From NCBI GenBank assembly GCA_002730095.1, contig PBZE01000037.1:1695-65694 (forward strand): a DNA stretch of 64,000 nt, written 5' to 3'. A program made the translations under genes and the position numbers. Source of the DNA: Methanobacteriota archaeon. Lineage in GTDB: Archaea > Thermoplasmatota > Poseidoniia > Poseidoniales > Thalassarchaeaceae. Position 1 is the stretch's first letter. Each line of letters opens with the position of its first letter. The notes under the pieces are model-generated. The model was not told where the DNA came from. It searched no databases and saw only the letters and a program-made list of their open reading frames with translations. This document shows, piece by piece, positions 54,982-63,844 of this stretch.

Positions 54982-55999
54982 GGCCGTGTTACATCCCGAG
55001 CCATGGGGGCTGCACCTTCTGGGACTCATTAGTCCACTCCTAGCGATTTCTGGTAACATACTTGGAGGGGCATACACCTTGTCCGGCGTCATTTTCATTT
55101 GGGTTATTGGCCCCATGCTCGACATAGTACTGGGAGAGTCAAAAAATCCTAGGCCACCGAGAGAGTCAGGAGCCCCTTTCGAAGCCCTTCTTTGGGTTCA
55201 TGGATTATTGCACTTCATCATGCTAGGCACATTCTTCCTTTTCGCCGCGAATGAGGGAATTACATGGTGGCTAATAGCTGCCTCACTTTCCACTGGCCTA
55301 GTTGCTGCAGCATCAGCAATCGTCACTGCACACGAGCTTGGACACAAGAAGCCAAGGAGCCCAGGCTGGAGGCTAGCTAGGGCACTACTTTTCAGCATCA
55401 ACTATACACACTTTACGACCGAGCATAATTACAATCATCACAAGAACGTTGCAACTGACAAGGATCCAGCGAGTGCCACTTACGAGCAGGGGCTTTGGTC
55501 ATTCTGGATCTCTACCATTCCCGGACAGTTTTTGTCCTCGGTTGCCGTTCATGATAGGAAAGGCAGGAATGGACTCAGAAACCCCTCTTGGAGGGGCCTT
55601 ATTCTACAACTTTCAGTAATCGGTACTCTACTGGCCATTCACTATCTTGGATCCTCGTGGGCGTTACCCGTGCTCCTGGGCTGGCTTATTGCCTCCTCTA
55701 TCGCGATCCTAACTTTGGAGTATGTCAATTACATTCGTCACTGGGGCCTCAGGCGGGTCGCTGACGGTAGGTTCGAGGAGGGCCATGCATGGAACACCGA
55801 GGCGAGATGGTCCAGGTGGAGCCTTCTGGAACTTACCCGCCATTCCGATCATCACCTTCACGCCTCAGTTCCCTTCTGGAAGCTTCGCCCCTATCCAGAT
55901 GCCCCTCGGTTGCCTTCCGGATACTATGCATGCTGGTGGCCATGCTTGATCCCGCCCCTATGGAGAAGAATGATGAGGGGCAGGGCACCGAACCTTTGA
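54974..55999 (+). CDS. alkB: AlkB-like integral-membrane di-iron hydroxylase (alkane 1-monooxygenase / fatty acid desaturase superfamily)
   Basis: The His boxes HELGHK, EHNYNHH, NYIRHWGL and LTRHSDHH correspond to the AlkB boxes HELGHK, EHNRGHH, NYIEHYGL and LQRHSDHHA. It overlaps msrA by 8 nt. Confidence 0.75.
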   Translation: MSEAVLHPEPWGLHLLGLISPLLAISGNILGGAYTLSGVIFIWVIGPMLDIVLGESKNPRPPRESGAPFEALLWVHGLLHFIMLGTFFLFAANEGITWWLIAASLSTGLVAAASAIVTAHELGHKKPRSPGWRLARALLFSINYTHFTTEHNYNHHKNVATDKDPASATYEQGLWSFWISTIPGQFLSSVAVHDRKGRNGLRNPSWRGLILQLSVIGTLLAIHYLGSSWALPVLLGWLIASSIAILTLEYVNYIRHWGLRRVADGRFEEGHAWNTEARWSRWSLLELTRHSDHHLHASVPFWKLRPYPDAPRLPSGYYACWWPCLIPPLWRRMMRGRAPNL

Positions 56000-56043
56000 C
56001 AGAATCCCCCCTTCCTCCTAACCCGTCTTACTAACCTATCTTC

Positions 56044-56529
56044 ATGGGCAACCTTCAATTCATGATTGGGAGCCAGACTAACGTGGTTGTCCCCCGGGCC
56101 GAACAAGAAGATGACGTCCCTGTAGACAAGGCATGGGCCATCCATGCGGCGATAATAGGTCTCAACACAGGTAATCTGCTATTCAGAGGATTAGAACTAG
56201 ATCCGGATAATCCAGGCATGGTCACCGTTGCCTGCCTAGCAGTTTTAGCTGCGGCCTTGCCATTCCAAGCCATATTCTTCCTCATCAATTCCTATATCCA
56301 AGAAGCACCCAACGTTCATGAGTTAGAATACGTAATGCTACAGAGACTATCCTTAATCTGTCAGACCATATCGTACCTTTCCCTAACAGCTATTGGAATA
56401 CTAATGTTCGAGACCCATGTGTATGTTGGAGGGAGCTTCTTCATAGGTTGTGTAGTAGCGTTCTTCCTCCTTAGGGCGGCAATGAATCAAGCAGAGGCTT
56501 TAGCAACCAATCTCAGAGTTAATTCGTAG
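56044..56529 (+). CDS. hypothetical membrane protein (4 TM)
   Basis: 161-aa ORF with four hydrophobic helices. No recognisable motif. Confidence 0.45.
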   Translation: MGNLQFMIGSQTNVVVPRAEQEDDVPVDKAWAIHAAIIGLNTGNLLFRGLELDPDNPGMVTVACLAVLAAALPFQAIFFLINSYIQEAPNVHELEYVMLQRLSLICQTISYLSLTAIGILMFETHVYVGGSFFIGCVVAFFLLRAAMNQAEALATNLRVNS

Positions 56530-56554
56530 AGAGGTTGATTGCTGACCCTCCTTT

Positions 56555-57373
56555 GTGAGTTACATGGCCGACGCCTTTGCAATGCCGAGCCTACCTCCCG
56601 CGTCTCCTTGGGACGCATATATTCTGATGCTACTCGTTCCTTTCGTAATGAGACTAGTATTTGTTGCACCTCCACTTATCGATCTCGTCAACACATATGC
56701 CCCTCCCGGTGAGAGGACAAAGCACATTAGATGGTTTCTCGGGCAAATCAAACTGTTACCCGTAAAGGGATTCTGGCTAATCGTCCTCAACGAAACCATG
56801 TCATTTTTGCTGCCTGCACTAGTTGCTATCTCTACACGTTATTGGCTCGGGCCAATTGGCTGGCCCACATGGGAGGACACTCCTCGTTTCGGCGTGGTGC
56901 TTCTACTGGTGGCAGGCGCTGTTTGGCTGCTATCCGATTTCACTAAGGTCATGAGATCTAGAAGGGACATCCAGTCCATCGCCAAGTACAATCTTTCTAC
57001 TGCAAAGATGGTTGTTCAGGGGGCAGTAGTAGGTAGGAGTATTCTTCAGAATGTCAGTGATTCAGGAGTCCCAAGGCCGTGGAGAGATGTAGTGGATGTT
57101 GAATTCGAGATTGATGGAGAAACTACAATTGTACGGGAGAGTAATCCCATGGCCGAGGTGATTTACTCACTTCTTGACAAGGGGGCGGATGCTCTAGAGG
57201 AGATTCTAGGCAGGGTCAAAGAACCAGCCAACGCTGCAATGGAAAAGCTCGACAGGGAGATTCAGGATAGAGTAACGGAAAGAGTTCAGGCATCGGCAAA
57301 ATCCCTACTGCAGAATATAATATTCTCAATTGCCCCAATAGCGGTTCTGATAGGTCTAGACCAACTGATCTAG
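56555..57373 (+). CDS. hypothetical membrane protein with a soluble C-terminal helical region
   Basis: 272-aa ORF with 4-5 TM segments. No recognisable motif. Confidence 0.45.
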   Translation: MSYMADAFAMPSLPPASPWDAYILMLLVPFVMRLVFVAPPLIDLVNTYAPPGERTKHIRWFLGQIKLLPVKGFWLIVLNETMSFLLPALVAISTRYWLGPIGWPTWEDTPRFGVVLLLVAGAVWLLSDFTKVMRSRRDIQSIAKYNLSTAKMVVQGAVVGRSILQNVSDSGVPRPWRDVVDVEFEIDGETTIVRESNPMAEVIYSLLDKGADALEEILGRVKEPANAAMEKLDREIQDRVTERVQASAKSLLQNIIFSIAPIAVLIGLDQLI

Positions 57374-58654
57374 CATTTCTTTCTCTTTAGGGGTGGCAAG
57401 GATAATCCATAGCACTCCAGCTAGTATTTGCAACGCTCCAGTTACAATTATTGTCTCTCTCAGAGACAGCATTCCATTCTCAAGAATCAACCCTGCAGCT
57501 ACAGTGGATAGCCCCATGGTAAGTGTGATTCCAAGTGAATCAGTTCCGAAGACCCTGCCTAGCCACTCATCCTCTGATCTCTGCTGAAGCATAGTGGTCG
57601 ATAACACCCAGTTGACCCCGCTCGCAGCGTGTGATATGAATACGTAAACTAGGATTATCATCGTCCATTCTGAAGCTGCAACTGCAATATAGAACACCCC
57701 ACTAATCACCAAGACCCCCCCCAGAAGGTAAGGAATCAGCATCTGATTGGCCATGAACCTCCTGCTAACTATGGGTCCGAAGCCAGAACCGAAACCTCTG
57801 GCCATATACAGTATGCCAATCCCGGCAGCGACATTCCCGAAACCTGCTTCCTTGCCAATCAGTATCAGGAGAAATACTTGGGCCCCCCCTCCTGATGCCC
57901 ACATTGCCTTAGCCAAAACCACTCTCCTTATCGAGGGCTTAGAGAGAATATAGCCCCATCCAGATATGATTTCGTTTAGCATGGCCCTCGGAGAAAAAAA
58001 CCTCTCAGTTGACTTATCCGGACCCCCATGCGGGAGGGAAACTATCAGCAAAATAGCTACCAGGAAAGTCAACGAATCTATCCAAAGGGCGGTTTCTATT
58101 CCATACTTGGAGATTGTCAGGCCTCCGATGCCAGCCCCTATCCCCATTGCCGCAGACCATCCCCCAGAAGAGAGAGCATTTGCCGACAATAGCTCCTCTC
58201 TGGTGCAAATATTTGGGACATAAGCCGATTCTGCATTAGATGATATCGCCCTTCCAACGACCATCGCCATTCCAAGCAAGTAAATCGATTCAATAGAGTC
58301 CAGCATTCCAAAGGTCAGCGCCGAAATCAGTATGATGAATGACCATACATTCCCGAGTACCATTAGCCACTTCCTAGGATACCGATCTGCAAGCATCCCA
58401 GTCAGAGGCTCTAGTGGAGCGAAGGTGAAACTACGAGTAGCGAGAACTCCAGCAATAGCTAGAGGGGAGTTATCTGAGGCCTCCCCTGCTAGTAGGAACA
58501 AAGCGATCATGGAGAACCAATCTCCAATGTATGAAACTTCATTCGCGGTGAATAGCCTTCGGTAAGGAGCATTTGACCTAAGTAGGCCAATGTAGCTAAC
58601 CTCCGCCATGACTATGCCCGAGCAGTCAACCCTATGATTCTGGCCCCCCAACAC
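57356..58654 (-). CDS. MFS transporter
   Basis: About 12 TM segments and the MFS loop motif GMLADRYPRKWLMVLG. The likely start is the internal MAEVSYIG (58609). Confidence 0.8.
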   Translation of the reverse strand: MLGGQNHRVDCSGIVMAEVSYIGLLRSNAPYRRLFTANEVSYIGDWFSMIALFLLAGEASDNSPLAIAGVLATRSFTFAPLEPLTGMLADRYPRKWLMVLGNVWSFIILISALTFGMLDSIESIYLLGMAMVVGRAISSNAESAYVPNICTREELLSANALSSGGWSAAMGIGAGIGGLTISKYGIETALWIDSLTFLVAILLIVSLPHGGPDKSTERFFSPRAMLNEIISGWGYILSKPSIRRVVLAKAMWASGGGAQVFLLILIGKEAGFGNVAAGIGILYMARGFGSGFGPIVSRRFMANQMLIPYLLGGVLVISGVFYIAVAASEWTMIILVYVFISHAASGVNWVLSTTMLQQRSEDEWLGRVFGTDSLGITLTMGLSTVAAGLILENGMLSLRETIIVTGALQILAGVLWIILATPKEKEMLDQLV

Positions 58655-58677
58655 TCAAGACTCCGATACCGTCGCCG

Positions 58678-59223
58678 ATGCTCATGGAGGACAGGCTAGT
58701 GTGGCTAGATTTGGAGATGACTGGCCTAGATCCAATTGAGAATAAGATAATTGAAATCGCCACCATTGTCACTGAAGGAGATTTGACAATTGTATCTGAG
58801 GGACCATCCCTGGCAATCTCACAGCCAGAGTCAGAGTTGGAGAAGATGGATGACTGGAATCTAACTCATCACACTAAGAATGGACTATTGAAGAGAGTTA
58901 GGTCTGATGGAGTCCCAATAGCTGAAGCCGAGAGACTGACTTTGGAATTCCTAATGGAACACTGCCTTGCAGGAGTCCCTCCCCTCTGCGGAAACACCAT
59001 TGGTCAAGATAGAAGATTCCTCAGGAGGTATATGCCAGAGTTACACGAATTCTTCCACTACAGAAGTGTGGATGTAACTTCTGTAAAGGAAATAGTGAAG
59101 AGATGGTATCCGAACTCACCGAGATTCTCAAAACCATCTGGTCACCGGGCACTGGACGATATCAGGGGTAGTATAGAGGAACTTTCCCACTTCAGGGATC
59201 ACGTCTTCAGGGATTCAAATTAG
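58678..59223 (+). CDS. orn: oligoribonuclease (DEDDh 3'-5' exoribonuclease)
   Basis: LVWLDLEMTGLDP...IIEIATIVT...MDDWN...LCGNTIGQDRRFLRRYMPELHEFFHYRSVDVTSVKE...GHRALDDIRGSIEEL is collinear with E. coli Orn over its full length. Roughly half the residues are identical by eye. Confidence 0.9.
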   Translation: MLMEDRLVWLDLEMTGLDPIENKIIEIATIVTEGDLTIVSEGPSLAISQPESELEKMDDWNLTHHTKNGLLKRVRSDGVPIAEAERLTLEFLMEHCLAGVPPLCGNTIGQDRRFLRRYMPELHEFFHYRSVDVTSVKEIVKRWYPNSPRFSKPSGHRALDDIRGSIEELSHFRDHVFRDSN

Positions 59224-59929
59224 GATTTATCGGCAGGCCTCTGCTGTCAGTGATTATCAGATTCACGCCCAATCCAGATCTGTGGAATGCAATAATCTCC
59301 AATCCATGAATACTGTGTCCAGTGGACGCCCTTCCGATAGATGGGAGACTACTCAAATATCCCGGCTTATAGTCCGCGGAATCCCGAGTCGAAAGCTCCC
59401 TTCTTCTTCCCCCAACCTCATCGAACCACGGCAGGGAACCCTCGGGCGAGAATCTCACTCCCAGAATCATATCACAACCCTCCGTCCATTGAGCAGCATC
59501 GGCATCCGCACCACTCGGAACCGCCACTGCATTGGGATGGGAGTGAATCCAATGAGTGAACCTCCCTCCTCTGGACCCCCTGTCTTCTGCGAATGAATCA
59601 TCAATCCATTCTTCAGGTACGTGATGGACAGAGAATGAATCGCCCCTATTCACGAGATGCGGCTTTCCCAGGACATATCCTTGGCCAGCAAATAATCCAG
59701 ATTGAAAATCAGCACCAGTGAATTCTTCATCTACGCCGATAGGGTGAGGCAATTCCAGATTGGGATCTATCCCCACCAGTATCTCATCAGGAAGAGATCT
59801 GAATGTCCAATCAATTATCGAGTAAAGAGTGTCTACGGGCATCAGTAAGATGGCCGCATAGTCATCTCGAGACTCTCTGGAGCGCTGATTGTAGGAACCC
59901 GCAGCTCGCAACAACCAATCATTGACCAT
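59207..59929 (-). CDS. JAMM/MPN+ family metalloprotease-like protein
   Basis: HSHPNAVAVPSGAD (nt 59504-59545) fits the JAMM motif H-x-H-x7-S-x2-D exactly. The candidate upstream Glu in PDEILVG lies 80 aa earlier, a longer spacing than in minimal JAMMs. Confidence 0.65.
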   Translation of the reverse strand: MVNDWLLRAAGSYNQRSRESRDDYAAILLMPVDTLYSIIDWTFRSLPDEILVGIDPNLELPHPIGVDEEFTGADFQSGLFAGQGYVLGKPHLVNRGDSFSVHHVPEEWIDDSFAEDRGSRGGRFTHWIHSHPNAVAVPSGADADAAQWTEGCDMILGVRFSPEGSLPWFDEVGGRRRELSTRDSADYKPGYLSSLPSIGRASTGHSIHGLEIIAFHRSGLGVNLIITDSRGLPINPNLNP

Positions 59930-59967
59930 GGTATCGGGAGTGGGTTACTCGACTTTAGTTCAACGGA

Positions 59968-60882
59968 CTATTGCACAAATACATCCAGAACCACATGATC
60001 CCAGTGCGGTGCATAGCTCTTGATACGATTTATTTTCTGTATTTCGACAACACAGCTTGGCCTGAGACTACCAATCTGCTGAACTATTCCCTCCGCCCAT
60101 GAAGAATACTCGCGTGGATTGGCCAATCCGTGTATGTGTACCACTCCTCCAGACTCAGAAAGAACCTCCATCGCGGCGCCAAAACTACCTTCCGAAGAAG
60201 GCAGAAGCCCCATTATCACCCTATCAGCCACTCTGCCTATTATCTTCGAAGATTTCCTGTTATCTCCGGGGTAGATAGTACAACGACTCTCGACACCATT
60301 TCTCCTCAAGCTCCACTCAAGGGAACTTATCGCATCATCATTCCACTCGCAACAGTGAACATGATGAGCTTCTGAGTGGACTAGGATAGGAAGGGAGTAG
60401 TAGCCTATTCCCGAGAACATGTCAACTACCACTTCCCCCCTACTCACAATCTCGCCCATTCTTCGCCTCTCATTCACATTACCTGCAGAGAACATGCATT
60501 TTGTAACGTGATACCCATAGTCAACACCACTCTCTCTCCTAATTACCCAGTCATCTTCTCCATGCAGCATCCTGACGCCGCTCTTACGGATGTTTCCGGT
60601 AACCTCGCCCATTACCCCAAGCCTATTGACATCGAGACCTTCAGCAACAGATTTCCATAGCTCAGGCCCAATTATCTCCTCCCATTCACTACCATGGAAA
60701 GATCCAAACGGAAGAATCGCGAAATCAGAGAACCTCTCCCACTTTCGAGGAATGCCGGGAGGAGGATTTTTTCCAAGAAATGAGGCAATGGAGTCATACA
60801 GTCGCCCATGAGGCCCCCCTCTATTCATGTACCTCGGAGTGAACATCATGGATTCAGACTTATGGTATATCACGTACTCCAA
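59968..60882 (-). CDS. taw2: tRNA wyosine-derivative biosynthesis protein Taw2/TYW2 (Trm5-like class I SAM-dependent transferase)
   Basis: KCMFSAGNVNERRRMG and VVDMFSGIGYYSLPI are present. HCCEWNDDAISSLEWSLRRNGV resembles the CEWNP...L..N...NGV block of TYW2/TRMT12. Confidence 0.75.
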   Translation of the reverse strand: MEYVIYHKSESMMFTPRYMNRGGPHGRLYDSIASFLGKNPPPGIPRKWERFSDFAILPFGSFHGSEWEEIIGPELWKSVAEGLDVNRLGVMGEVTGNIRKSGVRMLHGEDDWVIRRESGVDYGYHVTKCMFSAGNVNERRRMGEIVSRGEVVVDMFSGIGYYSLPILVHSEAHHVHCCEWNDDAISSLEWSLRRNGVESRCTIYPGDNRKSSKIIGRVADRVIMGLLPSSEGSFGAAMEVLSESGGVVHIHGLANPREYSSWAEGIVQQIGSLRPSCVVEIQKINRIKSYAPHWDHVVLDVFVQ

Positions 60883-60887
60883 GCCTC

Positions 60888-63842
60888 GTGCGTACCTGCA
60901 TCGCGCTGGTCATGATTCTGCTAGTTTCCCCACTGGCACAAGCTGCCCCCCCTCCGGGAGATGCCGAAGTAACAAATCAGATATGTTCCACATGGGGAAA
61001 TGGAAACGGTATTTGTGACGACTACTCCTCTGAACTAGACTCTACAATCGACGATGAGTGGATTGAGGGGCACGTTATGATTTCCATGGAGGGGGCATCC
61101 TCCATTGAGATGTCTCTAGAACTCGCCATACATGAGATTCCAAGAGATGAATTGGGCCTAAACGATTTAGACTTAGAAGGGGATAGTAATCTATTCGATG
61201 GAATCCCTGCCGACTACATCAGAAACTATCGTGACTTCTCAAGAGATGGACTTTCGGTCCAAGATAGGTTAATCGATACCGTAGGGGGTATAGTCCAACA
61301 GATAGTTGATGAGAATTTCCCAAATGCAACAACTAGTCCCCTTCAGCCGACAACAGAGATCAGCTTTTCAGATCGGCAGGTTTCTTCGTGCACCTTCAAT
61401 CCAGACATTGACTCAATAGACGAGGAAAATGGAGTAGAAAACAATCCCTTCCAACCTCCAATATGCCTTCAGTCAGTACTGATCTTGGAGGTTAATCCTG
61501 CAAATATCGGCATGACTCCAGAAACCGGAGATATCGACCGAGCCATGCAGGGACTCATGGCGATGGGTGGGGAAGTGACTACTAACTTCACAACAATTGC
61601 TGCGTCTGGTCAGTATATTGAATACTCATTGTACCCGCCTTCTTATGCTGACATAGTCGATGTGAACGAACCGGCAGAAATATTCTCATCACTGAATGGT
61701 CTACAACAATTGTCAGGAGTGAGGATTTCACTCGATAATTTGAACGGGACTCCTGATGTTACTCCGGCCACGTCAGACTTGGTTGCAGTTCTCGGGAACG
61801 GGGGGGATATTCAGGATTCGGATATGTTCAATGGCCCTTCACTGAGCCTAGACCTTCAAATCGATCTTAGTGACAGCATGAATAGCCGCGTCGATTTGGA
61901 AATTGGAGTACATCACCTTAGTGCTGAAACACTCAATCAATGGGGTCTGAATCTAGAGACGCCTACAATAAAACTCGACTCAGTTACTTCAGATGGAATC
62001 AGGATGTTAAATTCTGAGATGGACATCGATGTCAACCAGATACTCTCCTCTCTTCCAATTAACTCTCTATCAGAATCATTTTCTCAATCTCTGGGGGTGG
62101 ATGTAGCATTCCAGACTCCATCATTCTCCTCTACAAACGATTCTGGGGGGATCATGTTCCTGCATAGGCCTGGTGAAACCTGCGAGGAAGAGCAGTCTTA
62201 CAGATACTGCCTCGGGCTTAGTGGTGCGATGTCCAGTACATACCCAATAACAATACAATCCAGTACCATTCCATCAGAAATCTCGATTTCTAGCATTCTA
62301 GCTAGTCTAATACAGTATTCCGGGGGAGACGTCTCAACAGTCGATCTCTCGAAAATGAACGATGAAGATCTCGCAACGATGATGAGTTTCTTGAGCGTGG
62401 AATTAGAAGTAGATGGTGACTTTATCCACGACTTCCTTCCTTCCAATTTCCCTCCTTCTGAGATAACCATGACAATTCAACTTCCAGAATGGCTAGAATC
62501 AATCGACTCAGGCCCCGAATCGTTGGTATTCTCATCAAAAACCGATGAGAGCACGACCCGAAATATAGAATTCTCTGGATCAAGGCCATTCGACTGGATG
62601 CACTCAATTTGCAGAACCTCTGACCCATGCGAGGAGGAAAGCATCGATCTGGTTTGCGCTCCGACACAGAAGACATGCATCTCATTCTTGGTAGAGATCG
62701 ATATCTCCAAAGTTTCCATTCAGGAGTTGAGTGGTACAGTATCGGTCGAATTTACCTCTGAAATCATTTTGGAAATATACAGATTGGGAGTAGATCTGGA
62801 GATTGATGGAGTTCAGATGTCACCAATTCCTTCGGATGCTATCAGAAGGATCCTGGTAATGGGAGATAGGATTGATGGGGGACTACTGGCAGACTCAACG
62901 ATCGAGTCAACAATTGATTTCGGAGTAGGCGACCCAATAGACTTCGAATTATCTAACGGGGGCCTAAGAAGCCTGTCCGACCATCTGACAAACTCATACT
63001 CGCAAATGATGAATGATTTTGGAGAAATATATCTAGACTCAAGCGATATTGGATTAGAAGGCATATCGCTAACTGCAGATCTGTCTTCAATGCCATTTGA
63101 AGCGGACTTTGAAGCGCTCTCGATTCGAGAGGGGCCAGTCATTAGCGACAAAGAGCCAATCAGATTATCCACCAAGGTAAATAATGCAGAACTCACTCTT
63201 TCACTCAGACAGGATGAGATTATCGTCGGAGTCAACCCTCGTTCCATTTCCGCCATCCCATCTCTGGTTCTGTCGTCATTATTCCCCCAACCAATAATTA
63301 CTGACTCTGGACTAATGTTGGATGGCTCAAATATCAGACAAAAAGTAACTCCACTCATGGAGCACACAAACTTCGGCACAATAAAGTCATCAGCATATAT
63401 CGAGATTATGCTCCCTGAATCCATCAAAATAACCTCGTTCGAAAGCGAAAAGGGCCTTGGAAAAATTACAAATTCAGGAGATCGGCAAGTTTTCTCCTAC
63501 ACTATGCCAACTTGTCTTTCAGCAGTAACATGGGAGGAGTGCAGCAGTAAAAGAAATTCAGACATAGTCACCTACTCGGTTGAGTTTTCATGGGGCTTCA
63601 TGATTGGTGAACTAGCTCCCTACATTTTCTTCCTAGCTGTCTCCTTGTCACTATTAGTAAGCAGGGCAAGAAGGAAGAGAAGGGAGAGAAAGGCCGAGCT
63701 CATAAGGAGGTCAAAAGACATCGACAATGCCAAAATAGAGAGGCTGATGGAAAATGAATTCGGCAAGCTTTCTGAGAATACAGCTCTCGTAGATGAGACA
63801 GACTTCGAAGAGCAAACAGAAATCGAAAATGATTCAGCATAG
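60888..63842 (+). CDS. 984-aa secreted protein with a C-terminal TM anchor and a charged tail, unknown function
   Basis: Signal peptide CIALVMILLVSPLAQAAPP (GTG start; alternative MILLVS at 60912). A long Ser/Asp/Glu-rich ectodomain without motifs I recognise. TM helix LAPYIFFLAVSLSLLV is followed by RARRKRRERK and an acidic tail. Confidence 0.8.
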   Translation: MRTCIALVMILLVSPLAQAAPPPGDAEVTNQICSTWGNGNGICDDYSSELDSTIDDEWIEGHVMISMEGASSIEMSLELAIHEIPRDELGLNDLDLEGDSNLFDGIPADYIRNYRDFSRDGLSVQDRLIDTVGGIVQQIVDENFPNATTSPLQPTTEISFSDRQVSSCTFNPDIDSIDEENGVENNPFQPPICLQSVLILEVNPANIGMTPETGDIDRAMQGLMAMGGEVTTNFTTIAASGQYIEYSLYPPSYADIVDVNEPAEIFSSLNGLQQLSGVRISLDNLNGTPDVTPATSDLVAVLGNGGDIQDSDMFNGPSLSLDLQIDLSDSMNSRVDLEIGVHHLSAETLNQWGLNLETPTIKLDSVTSDGIRMLNSEMDIDVNQILSSLPINSLSESFSQSLGVDVAFQTPSFSSTNDSGGIMFLHRPGETCEEEQSYRYCLGLSGAMSSTYPITIQSSTIPSEISISSILASLIQYSGGDVSTVDLSKMNDEDLATMMSFLSVELEVDGDFIHDFLPSNFPPSEITMTIQLPEWLESIDSGPESLVFSSKTDESTTRNIEFSGSRPFDWMHSICRTSDPCEEESIDLVCAPTQKTCISFLVEIDISKVSIQELSGTVSVEFTSEIILEIYRLGVDLEIDGVQMSPIPSDAIRRILVMGDRIDGGLLADSTIESTIDFGVGDPIDFELSNGGLRSLSDHLTNSYSQMMNDFGEIYLDSSDIGLEGISLTADLSSMPFEADFEALSIREGPVISDKEPIRLSTKVNNAELTLSLRQDEIIVGVNPRSISAIPSLVLSSLFPQPIITDSGLMLDGSNIRQKVTPLMEHTNFGTIKSSAYIEIMLPESIKITSFESEKGLGKITNSGDRQVFSYTMPTCLSAVTWEECSSKRNSDIVTYSVEFSWGFMIGELAPYIFFLAVSLSLLVSRARRKRRERKAELIRRSKDIDNAKIERLMENEFGKLSENTALVDETDFEEQTEIENDSA

Positions 63843-63844
63843 CT

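Noticed and set aside
62813-63427. 204-aa minus-strand ORF; the 139-aa plus-strand ORF at 8413-8832 belongs to the same category
   Set aside because: Both lie antisense within very long, continuous and compositionally coherent surface-protein ORFs. They have Ser-rich low-complexity translations and no start context.
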